IMG/VR virus record: IMGVR_UViG_3300013121_000046
From: a virus
Taxonomy: Duplodnaviria > Caudoviricetes
DNA length: 64,000 nucleotides
Reading direction: 5' to 3' (one strand)
Of the stretch, positions 1 to 9,417 are shown piece after piece (position 1 is the first letter of the stretch; each line of letters opens with the position of its first letter). Position numbers and translations under genes: made by a program. The notes under the pieces are model-generated. The model ran no database searches. It was given only the letters and a program-made list of their open reading frames with translations, and was not told the origin of the DNA.

Positions 1-741
1 GTCAAAATCTACCTTAGCCGGAACCCTCTGGGTCTTCACAGCCATAAGAATTGTCTGACTACGCAGAGCCTCTCGCATTCTACCTTTGAGCACACGTAAT
101 TTTTCTAACCGATTTCTACTGACTTTAATCCTATCCCCCAATTCCTGGAGGGTCTTTAACCTCTCAGACAGACTGCCAGAAAAAGTCTGAAGAGCAGATA
201 ACCTAACTGTCACTGAATCCAGTTGTTCATTCAATACCCTTAACTCAACTTTTCTATCTCGCAAATCTTTCTGGCCTACTTTGACTGCGAGGGACACTTT
301 CTGAGAAGCCTGTGTCGCAGCCAATAGCTCAGCCGTTACCGCAGGTGAATCCTCACCAAGAATGAACAAAGAGTCATGCTGCCTAGCAACTTGAGGATAG
401 TACTTTTTACCTCCTACCGACAAACTTTGAATTCCCAAGGACTCAACTTCCCTTGGGATGGTCCTACCAATTTTTTCTATAGTTTTCCCATCCACATCAT
501 ACTGCACCCCAGCCGAAGTTCTAGCCCACCGTACCTGTTTTCCCGGAACGGATAGAACAACGTCAGCAAAAGACTCCCCCTTTTTAATACAGGAACTGCC
601 CCCGGAATTTAATAGTGCAGATCGAATAGCTCTGAGAATTGCAGACTTACCTCGATTACTCTCCCCTGTAATCGCTGTGAATCCAGAAATATCTAATTCT
701 GCGGATTCAATAGCCTGGTAATTTCTAATCTTAACTTTCAC
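1..741 (-). CDS. SbcC/Rad50 (gp46-like) SMC-type ATPase, N-terminal part; runs off the window edge
   Basis: Not in the ORF track because there is no stop inside the window. Manual translation from GTG at 741 gives MKVKIRNYQAIESAELDISGFTAITGESNRGKSAILRAI, the typical Rad50/SbcC N-terminus with Walker A GxSNxGKS. Confidence 0.85.
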   Translation of the reverse strand, partial: MKVKIRNYQAIESAELDISGFTAITGESNRGKSAILRAIRSALLNSGGSSCIKKGESFADVVLSVPGKQVRWARTSAGVQYDVDGKTIEKIGRTIPREVESLGIQSLSVGGKKYYPQVARQHDSLFILGEDSPAVTAELLAATQASQKVSLAVKVGQKDLRDRKVELRVLNEQLDSVTVRLSALQTFSGSLSERLKTLQELGDRIKVSRNRLEKLRVLKGRMREALRSQTILMAVKTQRVPAKVDFD

Positions 742-994
742 TGGAAAGCTTCTCCGTAAATATACAACCTGCTTTTTTCATTGCAGTGTAAACCGAAAGA
801 GCTACCGAAGTTCTATGTAACTCAACCTGCGTAACTATTCCTGACCATTCATCCTGTGATACTGGGGGTAAACCACAAGAGGCTAATACTCGATCTATTA
901 CCCTCTTCGCCTCATCTCGATCCCCCGGGGTTTTAGCCACTACACCGTAGTGTAGAAGAATAATCTCTCTTCTTGTCAAGCTATTGAGAGTCAT
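731..994 (-). CDS. hypothetical protein
   Basis: ORF track 731..1060; the ATG at 994 overlapping the upstream stop is the more likely start. No recognisable motif. Confidence 0.55.
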   Translation of the reverse strand: MTLNSLTRREIILLHYGVVAKTPGDRDEAKRVIDRVLASCGLPPVSQDEWSGIVTQVELHRTSVALSVYTAMKKAGCIFTEKLSSES

Positions 995-1868
995 GTCCGG
1001 ATTTTTCTTCTTTCGGAACACTAGAAACAAAGAAGGTCTTTTTTCTACCCCCTTCACCATAGATGGTTATCGGTCGATGCTTAGAGTCTGGGGCCTCATA
1101 CTTTTGTTGCTTAACTGGACGAAGATCCTCAAAAGACCTAACATCCAACTTTGTTTGATGTTCAGCATAGACAGTATCATCCCCAACATGTTTACCCTGA
1201 AAGTAAGTTTTCTGCCAGGATTGCTGTGCCGCCTCACTACCTGGAATAGTCAAATCCGAATTGAACTTATCCCGAGACTTACTCCATGTCTTGTACTGCT
1301 TTGCTAAAACTGGATCGTCCTCCACCAACCTTAGTTCCGGTTTTAGAGATTCTGATAGACCTCGGGTCATCGGCACAATAACACACATAGGCTCCCCTGC
1401 CTCGAATATCACCTCTCCTGGTCGAGTGAACTTCCAGTTCATAGTAAAAGAACTGGAAGCCCAGTCTGTTTCCACAACCCCTTCTAAGGCAGCTATACCA
1501 TCCTTTGGAGAATTAGCCGGCCCCTTAACCCAAAGATTTACATTTTTGGGGGTCCGAAAAACATAACCAATGGAAAAGGTCAATACACCCCCACCGAAAT
1601 GCGAAGTAGGTAGCTGAGATGCCTTATCCCAAAACCGTATCTTGATAGCCCCCTTATCCATCTTACCATTCCAATGGGCGGTGAAACTAGCCGGATTTAG
1701 TATCTCCCACCCTTCGAGGTTTGCTATATTCAACGGCAAACACCGATAGGGAACCCTCTCGTGAAATGCTTCCATCCAATATCGAGAAAGTTGGGCTGGA
1801 CGAACCACCGGTGGTTCAGAGATCACCGCATAGGCAAATATTTTTTGCTCTCCGGAGGCATCAGACAT
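981..1868 (-). CDS. DUF6065 family protein
   Basis: Motifs WMEAFHERVPYRCLPLNIANLEGWEIL, SHFGGGVLTF, GPANSPKDGIAALEGVVETDW, FTMNWKFTRPG and WQKTYFQG match my recollection of DUF6065. Confidence 0.8.
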   Translation of the reverse strand: MSDASGEQKIFAYAVISEPPVVRPAQLSRYWMEAFHERVPYRCLPLNIANLEGWEILNPASFTAHWNGKMDKGAIKIRFWDKASQLPTSHFGGGVLTFSIGYVFRTPKNVNLWVKGPANSPKDGIAALEGVVETDWASSSFTMNWKFTRPGEVIFEAGEPMCVIVPMTRGLSESLKPELRLVEDDPVLAKQYKTWSKSRDKFNSDLTIPGSEAAQQSWQKTYFQGKHVGDDTVYAEHQTKLDVRSFEDLRPVKQQKYEAPDSKHRPITIYGEGGRKKTFFVSSVPKEEKSGHDSQ

Positions 1869-3336
1869 TGAGTAGTTCCTTACTGGGGGCTTCTTCCTTA
1901 GACTTACTGACTTCCTCAGACTCCAATTTCTCCAATCGCTTAATCAATCTAGTTACCTCATCCACCAAGTACTTTTTATCCGCAACACTAACCCTTAATT
2001 CAAACTTCTCCAATTCTCTGACCCGATAGGTATCCTCTTCCCCATCGAAGGTGTACCCAGTGCCGGACTCTTCCTCGATCAAACCCAGAAGTAAACCCTG
2101 CTCATAGATCGAACTAGCCTGGCTCAACTGCGCCAAAGTTAGTCCCTTACCCAGCTTAAGCTCGAACTTTGTATCATTACTCATCATCCCAGTATCTATA
2201 TCCAGAGTAACCACATTTAGCTGCTCCTTACCGATGGCTTCCGCCGAATCCCATTGTAGTACCTTCTTAAGGTACTCCTGGGCCTCTCGATCATCTCTCA
2301 AAGCGTCAATAAATTTCTTCTCCCCCTGAGATTTAAGCACCCGATGAGGCATTTCTATCGAGTAGTAACCACCTCTTGCAGACTTCTGGATAAGAAACTT
2401 GCCCCCACCCAGGTCTTTAATTAGGGCTAACTCTACCAAAGTTCTCAGGGAATCAATCCCTCGACCAAACTCAATGTAGAACAGCGCACTACGATAGGGC
2501 TCAGCACATTTGTTTTTCCAGGTTATAGCTCGTACCACACTAGCAAAAGGCCGAGACTCAATTTCCCCAGACATGGGGTTGGCAACCTCAGCAGCTAAGA
2601 CTTTCTTTACCGCTAAACGAATTCGTAAAGAGCAATAGAAGGGTAGTGCTCTACCGCCAGGAGTAACATCCTTATCAGATCCGGGCAGGCCTGGGATTCC
2701 CTTATTATGATCGAACTTATTCATCGAGATATAGGCTCGAAGCTGATTCAAAAGTAAGAAAGTGGTATTATGATCTGCCGCATACTTCGACCACCGAGGC
2801 AACAGATCAGCAATTCCCCGAGCCTGTAGTCCTGGTTGTGGACTTGAATCTTCATCTCGTGACTCAAAGGCCTTCATCGGAGTCATGGCTGGAACAGAAT
2901 CTACCACAATAATAGCCGGGCAAAGTTTCTTAGCGAACATCTCCCGAACAACTTCGTCTCCCTGACCAATAGTATCCGGCCTAAAGACTAAAAAACGATT
3001 TTCAACTACGTACTTAGCCAACTGAAGAGTCTCTAAGTACTCTTTTGTGATGGTTCTCTCATAATCCAAAATGACACAGAGAGAATCTGGGTTACGAGAT
3101 AGCTCCTTTTCGCACAACTGTAAAGCAACGGTCGTCTTTCCAGACGACTCATGCCCCGACAACTCCACAATCCGACCCCTAGGTATCCCCCCAACCCCGG
3201 TTATATAATCTAAGGGGGGACAATCCGTGGAAATCACCTCAACTTTTGTCGAGTTGATATCATGGAATATCTTCTGCTTGCCATAGAAGGAAATAAAGCT
3301 ATCCAAGGCATTTCTATCAATCATTATTTTCCCCAA
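1861..3336 (-). CDS. recA: RecA/UvsX-like recombinase with ~120 aa C-terminal extension
   Basis: GGIPRGRIVELSGHESSGKTT (Walker A), IIVVDSVPAM (Walker B), PGLQAR, LNQLR, TPGGRALPFYCSLRI, KNK. Confidence 0.92.
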   Translation of the reverse strand: MGKIMIDRNALDSFISFYGKQKIFHDINSTKVEVISTDCPPLDYITGVGGIPRGRIVELSGHESSGKTTVALQLCEKELSRNPDSLCVILDYERTITKEYLETLQLAKYVVENRFLVFRPDTIGQGDEVVREMFAKKLCPAIIVVDSVPAMTPMKAFESRDEDSSPQPGLQARGIADLLPRWSKYAADHNTTFLLLNQLRAYISMNKFDHNKGIPGLPGSDKDVTPGGRALPFYCSLRIRLAVKKVLAAEVANPMSGEIESRPFASVVRAITWKNKCAEPYRSALFYIEFGRGIDSLRTLVELALIKDLGGGKFLIQKSARGGYYSIEMPHRVLKSQGEKKFIDALRDDREAQEYLKKVLQWDSAEAIGKEQLNVVTLDIDTGMMSNDTKFELKLGKGLTLAQLSQASSIYEQGLLLGLIEEESGTGYTFDGEEDTYRVRELEKFELRVSVADKKYLVDEVTRLIKRLEKLESEEVSKSKEEAPSKELLNV

Positions 3337-4696
3337 GAATCGGCGTGACTAGTCCATTAAGAATAAAAGTTTCCCCCACTAGCCCAGACAAGACGGCATT
3401 GGGGGTACTATTTTTCTTTTTCTCTGTACCAATAACTCGATCAGTACTCACCCCTGGAACACCCATATGATACAGAGTTTCCCAAGCTGCAATTGCATTC
3501 TTTGTTTTAGCCCAAGGTCGGATTTGTGCTGCCGCAGCACTTAAGTTCTCTGGAGAAATGTCCTCAGAATCAAAATCAACTCGGATTCCCAAAGACACTA
3601 GTAAATCTCTACCCTCTCGTAAGGGATTTACTAGTGTGGGGTGTGTAGGAAGTTCTTCCTTAACTGACCTTCCCCCCCAAAAGGGTGGGAGTTTAATACT
3701 TGAAAAGAATATCTTTAGCAGACTCTGATAATCTGCTTGCGACCTTAGGAAGAGTTTCCATCGAGGTTCCCCGAAAGTATTCAGGGTCGCATATCGACCC
3801 CACCGAACTCCAAAGTTCGCACAAACCAATTGGACCGTCTCACTAACTTCACTATTTTCCAGTTCCAACTCAAAATCCCTAACCGTCCATTGACCATTGG
3901 CAAGCACTAATCCGGTAATCCAAGCTTTCTGAATTTCTTCTGTAGCCTCTCGAATGTACCGAGGAATTTTGTGGTTAGCCTCATGTACCAAAAACCTCAT
4001 TTCAGAACGAATAACAGCTAGACCAGTGAACTTCATGTAGGCAGAGTTTGCAGCAAAAATAGATTGCTTTGTGGCGTCCAAAGCCCATTGGCGGACTCGG
4101 TTTCTCTGGATCGCGCTACTCGTAGGAAGGACGAGCTTATCACCCCGCAATTCAGCCCCCACCAGAGCCCCGTAGAGGCTAGCCTCAGCCTCCGACACCT
4201 CGTCCCCCTCACCAAAGCACCGATGCCCCGCCTTGACTACCACGATCATACCAGGGCGTAGGCTCTGGGCCTGGCACCAAGATCCATGCCCGGTCTTATT
4301 AAGGGTGAGTATCCGACTATCCGGAGTGGCCAAAATATTATGCCCACACTCCGTTCGCACCTGAGTCAGAAAACTATCGTTATAATGCAAACCTAAAGCC
4401 AGGGTCCGGGAATCCATACTCTGAATTGGTATTGCTGTAGGTCGCTTATCCGCAGTCAAAAATCGACCCAATTGGCCCTTAAGAATTTCTCCTTCAGAAT
4501 TTCTAACCCAATAGGCCTCTGAAACTAGGTCTGACAATTTCAGTATTCCCCGATCAGGTGAAAACACATAGCTATCCAAGCTAAAGCCGGCTATTTTGAG
4601 TGTCGGACCCACCTGGACTCCCTTCCAAACTATGGGTGAAGGAAACTGATTACCACTCTGAAGCACGCTTAGGCTTCGGACAAACTTTTTTACCAT
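3317..4696 (-). CDS. stand-alone degenerate intein-like protein (Hint + LAGLIDADG-like domains, splicing residues lost)
   Basis: Block A-like GFSLDSYVFSPDRGILKLSDL; block B-like VRTECGHNILATPDSRIL, then WCQAQSLRPGMIV; LAGLIDADG-like LYGALVGAE and KIPRYIREATEEIQKAWITGLVLANG; block F/G-like DRVIGTE...ETFILNGLVTP. Confidence 0.75.
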   Translation of the reverse strand: MVKKFVRSLSVLQSGNQFPSPIVWKGVQVGPTLKIAGFSLDSYVFSPDRGILKLSDLVSEAYWVRNSEGEILKGQLGRFLTADKRPTAIPIQSMDSRTLALGLHYNDSFLTQVRTECGHNILATPDSRILTLNKTGHGSWCQAQSLRPGMIVVVKAGHRCFGEGDEVSEAEASLYGALVGAELRGDKLVLPTSSAIQRNRVRQWALDATKQSIFAANSAYMKFTGLAVIRSEMRFLVHEANHKIPRYIREATEEIQKAWITGLVLANGQWTVRDFELELENSEVSETVQLVCANFGVRWGRYATLNTFGEPRWKLFLRSQADYQSLLKIFFSSIKLPPFWGGRSVKEELPTHPTLVNPLREGRDLLVSLGIRVDFDSEDISPENLSAAAAQIRPWAKTKNAIAAWETLYHMGVPGVSTDRVIGTEKKKNSTPNAVLSGLVGETFILNGLVTPILGENND

Positions 4697-4928
4697 TGGA
4701 GTCTACTCGATGCTGCTTCACCGGGAAACCACAAGTAGTGCAAACGTCTAAGGTTTCCTCGGAACTTGCCTTAACCGGCTCTATTACTTTCTTACGAAGC
4801 ATTGTTCTGGACCCAGGAACCGGACATATTTTTCTACCTCGTACTGATTTATGAAGCTTTCCGGGAAACCCACAGGACATACAGATATGCTGGTCAGCTT
4901 CATTCCCTGGGGCTGGTTTAGGAGGCAT
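4650..4928 (-). CDS. small protein with two CxxCGFPxKxH-x6/7-K-x-CP zinc-finger repeats
   Basis: CMSCGFPGKLHKSVRGRKICP and CTTCGFPVKQHRVDSNGKKVCP. Confidence 0.65.
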   Translation of the reverse strand: MPPKPAPGNEADQHICMSCGFPGKLHKSVRGRKICPVPGSRTMLRKKVIEPVKASSEETLDVCTTCGFPVKQHRVDSNGKKVCPKPKRASEW

Positions 4929-5142
4929 TGAAATTCCTATCTTGCCACGATTTCCAAGCCAAGGAGGCTCGAATTATTAGGTAGCACGACAAAGGGATTA
5001 ACCCCCAAAGATTATTCTGGTAGGCCATCTGCAAATAAAAAATTTGGCCTAAAACACAAACCAACCAGCCGGAAGCTTTGTGCCTAGCTGTTAACTCCAT
5101 TGAAAGGACTGTGCAAATAGCTGCTAACCAACTTATTAACAT
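4918..5142 (-). CDS. short PnuC-like (nicotinamide riboside transporter half-unit) membrane protein
   Basis: Three TM helices, with SWLAAICTVLSMELTARHKASGWLV and a terminal AWKSW pattern typical of phage PnuC-like proteins. Confidence 0.6.
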   Translation of the reverse strand: MLISWLAAICTVLSMELTARHKASGWLVCVLGQIFYLQMAYQNNLWGLIPLSCYLIIRASLAWKSWQDRNFNAS

Positions 5143-5143
5143 C

Positions 5144-5431
5144 CTAAAAATTCCGAGCTATAAATCTACGCAATAAACGAGGATGCCTAACATTAGTTGA
5201 CTCATCTAAAATGATTGCTGTGAGTAGCTTACGGTAGTCAGGCCCCAATTTTTTCTTGACATAGATAAAAAACTTTTTACGGAGTTTAGGGTTCTCACTC
5301 ATCTCAGAGAGGAAGGGTCCCACGAAAGTATCCAAAAATTCCTCGGGAGGATCCTTAAATATCTCGGGGTCTAAACCAAAGAGGGAGGCTAAAGGGGGAT
5401 TCATTAGAAATTTTCTAGAGAAAAGCTTCAA
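5144..5431 (-). CDS. hypothetical protein
   Basis: 95 aa ORF that tiles with its neighbours. Confidence 0.5.
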   Translation of the reverse strand: MKLFSRKFLMNPPLASLFGLDPEIFKDPPEEFLDTFVGPFLSEMSENPKLRKKFFIYVKKKLGPDYRKLLTAIILDESTNVRHPRLLRRFIARNF

Positions 5432-5819
5432 ACTGGCCCAAATTTTGAACTATCACAGGTAATCCTTCCCACGAACCACTTCCTACTAAGTCTCGAAAAA
5501 TAACTGCCGCTTTACCCCGAGGGGTTCTCCTTAGATATACTACCAGAACTAATAGCTTTCTACCACTTACTTGACAGAAATTTACCCCTAAGTTGTAGAA
5601 CCAACCATACGGAGCGAGTATCCCCAATAATCGAGAGATGCTCTCAGCATCTTTCTTGGAAACACAGGGAACAGTTTTTTTTGACACAGGATCAAACCCA
5701 GGGGTTACTGCAATAGATGTAGAACCCAATCTACTGCCTCTCGGAGAACTGAAGTTTGAAACCAAGCTATTTCTCCAAGGATTTCTTGATCGTAGGGATT
5801 TCCTCCTAACTCTCTGCAC
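5415..5819 (-). CDS. hypothetical protein (true start probably downstream of 5819)
   Basis: ORF fills the gap between neighbours; its 5' part overlaps the NDT gene. Confidence 0.4.
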   Translation of the reverse strand: MQRVRRKSLRSRNPWRNSLVSNFSSPRGSRLGSTSIAVTPGFDPVSKKTVPCVSKKDAESISRLLGILAPYGWFYNLGVNFCQVSGRKLLVLVVYLRRTPRGKAAVIFRDLVGSGSWEGLPVIVQNLGQFEAFL

Positions 5820-6121
5820 ACCACTATAGGTTTTCCTAAAGACTTAGCTAAAGAAATCTCTAATACGGTCCAGAGATCAATCTTTTTAGCCCCCAACAAA
5901 TTAACAAGAAAGGCATCACATTTAGATATTTGCCATTGAGATACTCGGAGAAGACTACCGATTAAGGGGGAAGACCCCTCCTCATCCTCAACTTTTCCAT
6001 AGGGCGAGACACAATTAAAATACTCTGGAACTAAACTTTCGACTTCTTCCTTCCAACCAGTAAGACCTGAGGGGTCTTTTATGTTTAATCCAGCTAGGTA
6101 AACAGTATATCCATGAGACAT
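5705..6121 (-). CDS. nucleoside 2-deoxyribosyltransferase family protein
   Basis: TVYLAG, ISKCDAFLVNL, TVLEISLAKSLGKPIVV; the catalytic Glu is retained. Confidence 0.8.
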   Translation of the reverse strand: MSHGYTVYLAGLNIKDPSGLTGWKEEVESLVPEYFNCVSPYGKVEDEEGSSPLIGSLLRVSQWQISKCDAFLVNLLGAKKIDLWTVLEISLAKSLGKPIVVCRELGGNPYDQEILGEIAWFQTSVLREAVDWVLHLLQ

Positions 6122-6498
6122 AACACTAACTACCCTTTCTCAAGATAACTAAAATATTAGGTTAAGCCAAGGGTCATTGCAGGATTATGCTTAGACACTA
6201 ATCCTCTGAGGTAGGCCAGGTCTCAGAGGAGATAAAATACATATATATGTTTGTGTTCTTCTTTTTTTCTGGAATTGATTGTTGAGGTTTTGGATAGGGT
6301 TGAGGTGGTGAGTGTTATAGCTACTAGGGTAAGCAAAGGCTGTCCAGCCACGGTGGACTTCAGAATCCTTAATTTCTAGGTTACTCTGGAATAAAGATTC
6401 TGAAGGCTCTATAGGGTTTTTTTGCCTCCTGTCTGTGAGGCGGTTCTTTGGTCGATTGTCGAGTCGTTCTCCCGCTCGCCTAAAACGAAGTCAGAAAG

Positions 6499-7038
6499 TT
6501 AAGCTTTTTCTGAGAGTCTTAGGTATTCAGCGATTAGTAAGGCGTCGGCTATCCCTTTCTGCTTGGCTTGAGCGAAGTTTGACCATGTGACTGATGGAAA
6601 TCGGTTAAGAGCAACTCTTAAGCTCTCCTCCTTACCCAGGCCGGTTCCGGCTAGGAATTTTTTTTGCCAAGCTTGAGGTGTAACTTCTTGAAAAGGTATG
6701 TCGCAGCAGATCAGACCCATTTTTAATGCGACATAATTTCCCCCAAAGTTGAACATAGCAGTTACACCCTGCTTAGGCATGGCGTGAACTTTTTCAACAC
6801 AGGCTCGAACTCTGTATCTTACTCGAAGTTCCCTTAGGGAGTCTCTTATCGCCAGTAAGTCCAGGGTACTTTTGTCTGACTTATTAGTTCGGATTTGTAG
6901 CGTTGGCATAGGAAGTACAAAAATGGCTGTACCCGCTCTATCCACCCCGGCTAGGGCACCACTTAGACCCGGGTCTAACCCCAAGTAAAGTTCCGAGGAG
7001 GGACTCTCGGGTAGAACCTCTGCTTGACCGGAAGTCAT
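6499..7038 (-). CDS. ruvC: RuvC-like Holliday junction resolvase
   Basis: YLGLDPGLSGALA, CVEKVHAMPKQGVTAMFNFG, VTPQAWQK, ADALLIAEY. Confidence 0.88.
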   Translation of the reverse strand: MTSGQAEVLPESPSSELYLGLDPGLSGALAGVDRAGTAIFVLPMPTLQIRTNKSDKSTLDLLAIRDSLRELRVRYRVRACVEKVHAMPKQGVTAMFNFGGNYVALKMGLICCDIPFQEVTPQAWQKKFLAGTGLGKEESLRVALNRFPSVTWSNFAQAKQKGIADALLIAEYLRLSEKA

Positions 7039-7040
7039 TT

Positions 7041-7304
7041 TTATCCCTCAAGATTTCTTTCTTTTGTCTGATCCTTAACTCCCACCTTGTCTCGATCCGC
7101 AGCTAGTTTTATGGCTTGTGTAAAACACGCCCCAAACCAACCTATAGAGCCTATCAGCATAGCTAGCAGTACTATTACGGCCATACCCTTATCTAACTCA
7201 TTCTCAAAATCCCTTTGGAGAATGATGAGTATTCCACTACTCAGGATACCGCAAATACTTAAACTTAAGATAGTCCCAGATACTAACAATTTGAATTGAT
7301 TCAT
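7041..7304 (-). CDS. two-TM membrane protein
   Basis: Two hydrophobic helices and a charged C-terminal tail. Confidence 0.55.
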   Translation of the reverse strand: MNQFKLLVSGTILSLSICGILSSGILIILQRDFENELDKGMAVIVLLAMLIGSIGWFGACFTQAIKLAADRDKVGVKDQTKERNLEG

Positions 7305-7448
7305 CTGATTAGTCCTATCCTTTTCCTTTAAGGAAATTTATGAAGCAGGTTTGCTGTGTTTTGCCAGAATTTTTTGAGCTAATGACAAACTGTAGCCGGT
7401 TCTGCTTGCAAAATTTTGACTGGAAAATAAACAATATTTGGGTTGTCA

Positions 7449-7553
7449 TCACTGGTCGGCTCTTGGGTATTTGTTTTGGTAATAAGGATCATATTTGGCA
7501 AAATATACTATGATTAATATACCTAACAACAACCCCAATATTACGTCTAACAT
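7449..7553 (-). CDS. small single-TM peptide (34 aa)
   Basis: Below the ORF-track cut-off. MLDVILGLLLGILIIVYFAKYDPYYQNKYPRADQ, with an AAGGAG RBS and a TGG-TATACT -10 element just upstream. Confidence 0.5.
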   Translation of the reverse strand: MLDVILGLLLGILIIVYFAKYDPYYQNKYPRADQ

Positions 7554-7727
7554 AGTGTCTCCTTATGTAGTATACCACTATATGTTGTGGTTTTACCTAT
7601 TTTAACATCACATGATGGGTTTGAGCGGTATTATGGTATACTCCTTAGTAGTAAAACTTTATTAACCTCCTATACATCTGAAAATCTTCATAATTGGGAA
7701 AATGGCCAAAAAACGTCAAATGTAATT

Positions 7728-7773
7728 AAAAAAATAAGAAGTAGCCTCGGTGAACCAAGACTACTTCTTATTT
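7728..7773 (-). terminator. rho-independent terminator downstream of the SSB gene
   Basis: Minus strand AAATAAGAAGTAGTCTTGG-ttca-CCGAGGCTACTTCTTATTTTTTT. Confidence 0.75.
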
Positions 7774-7792
7774 ATTACTCACTTTGATCCCA

Positions 7793-8623
7793 CTAGATAT
7801 TCAGTAAGGAACCATAGTCTTCCTCTGAACGACCTGGAGGGGTGCCTTGCCCAAATAAGGTGGCAATTTCTGGTACAGAGTAATCCTTCTGGGCCAACCC
7901 ACGATAGATTTTCGCAAAAAGAGGTAAACCCTCACGAATAATCCTCCGCTGAACCTCCAAACCCCGAGATCTCCATAGACATTTGGGGGTATTGGAAACC
8001 TTCAGCCTTTCCATCTTACCAGAGGGTTCCATCCCCACGATATAGTCACTGAAAATAGGGGGGTACTGACTGTGTGATTCTTTGAAGGCCCTCATCTTAG
8101 CCTCTGTCAAATTCCAAATTTGAAGAGAGTAGTTGAAATCCAGCTTCCCATCCGCAGTCACCTCAGGATTTGCCCTAGCTACCGGGTCCCCGTTTACATC
8201 CGTTTGATAGACAATGGCAATCAGACCGTATGCCATTGCTTTCTCTTTCGACGAACGTTCGCAGCAACAAGCGCCCTCTGTCGCCTTGCAGAAGAACGGC
8301 CCAGAGTCATGCCAATGGATGTAGGCGGCCTCTACCTTGGAGTAAAGGTACCCCTCTTCACCCTTATCGTTCGTCCACTTCTGTGTAGAGGGGGCTTCTC
8401 TCTCCAAGCCCTTTTGGATCAACTCGTGCATTCGCTTCCGTTGGGCAGCCTCTGCGGCAACCTTAGGGTCCTTCTTAGCCAATTCCTCCATTTCAGGGGA
8501 AACAGTCAAATCTGCTAAGCTAATGAAGCCTGGCAGAATAGATATCCGATTCTTAACATTCAGGGCCGGCTTAAACCAACCCGAACCACCACTACCAACT
8601 GTCGGATCATCAAGAATATACAT
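7793..8623 (-). CDS. probable phage single-stranded DNA-binding protein (gp32-like)
   Basis: WFKP..RISILP N-terminus, His/Cys cluster (HWH..FC..CCC), aromatic-rich core, acidic C-tail SEEDYGSLLNI; located among recombination genes. Confidence 0.55.
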   Translation of the reverse strand: MYILDDPTVGSGGSGWFKPALNVKNRISILPGFISLADLTVSPEMEELAKKDPKVAAEAAQRKRMHELIQKGLEREAPSTQKWTNDKGEEGYLYSKVEAAYIHWHDSGPFFCKATEGACCCERSSKEKAMAYGLIAIVYQTDVNGDPVARANPEVTADGKLDFNYSLQIWNLTEAKMRAFKESHSQYPPIFSDYIVGMEPSGKMERLKVSNTPKCLWRSRGLEVQRRIIREGLPLFAKIYRGLAQKDYSVPEIATLFGQGTPPGRSEEDYGSLLNI

Positions 8624-8772
8624 AACTTACTCCCAAAAAGGTATTAGACCCTCATTTTTAGTCGGAGACTGAATCTAATTAGATTCTTTGTCTTTGACCC
8701 ACATCTGATGCCAAGGGCAAACATCAAAAGTGTACTGAGTCTCAACCTATTAAGTTGAGTTATCTGTTATAG

Positions 8773-9417
8773 CTATTCCCGAAAGTTTCCAGTGTCTAAC
8801 GCACTAAAAACGGCTGGGGAAATATCTTCAGAAGAGTGGGTGGGCTTCTTCTTAGGGGGTCTACCTGGGCCTCGACTAAGACCTAGGGCCTTAAGCTCTA
8901 ATCCAATAGCAGCATTCTGAAGCCGTATGGCTGAATCTTTCTTACCCAAAGTTTCAATTTTTGTTTGAATAGCCTTATCTAAAAGACTAAGCTCTACTAA
9001 CTCATTCTCAGTCTTCAACATTCTTTGTTCAAATGTATCCTGAGCCTGCTCTAACTCAGCAACGGTCTTACCCTCATTACTTGCTATATTCTGTGTTAAG
9101 TAAGTATTGGCTTGAAGTTCTGCCTTTGCCCATAATAATCTTTGGGTCAACCCTACACGATCCGCTGTAGGCATATTAACAGCGAAGTGACGTACTGCCT
9201 CTTCCCACATAGTTTTCAACTGAATCTTCAATACTTTTCTGGCGGCTAACTCCTTTTTAACTTCTACATTAAGGCTATTGCAACTTTCTAAGGATGCCTG
9301 AACCTGAGCTATTTTTTCACAGATATAAGTAGCAGACTGTGTTCGAGGATCTGAGTGAAGGGGCACATCAACAGAGGTTAAAGCTTGGTATATCTCAGCA
9401 ACTCGTTCTGGTGTCAT
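8773..9417 (-). CDS. coiled-coil protein with C-terminal AT-hook (possibly UvsY-like)
   Basis: Long heptad helices; RGPGRPPKKK AT-hook; adjacent to the SSB gene. Confidence 0.45.
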   Translation of the reverse strand: MTPERVAEIYQALTSVDVPLHSDPRTQSATYICEKIAQVQASLESCNSLNVEVKKELAARKVLKIQLKTMWEEAVRHFAVNMPTADRVGLTQRLLWAKAELQANTYLTQNIASNEGKTVAELEQAQDTFEQRMLKTENELVELSLLDKAIQTKIETLGKKDSAIRLQNAAIGLELKALGLSRGPGRPPKKKPTHSSEDISPAVFSALDTGNFRE

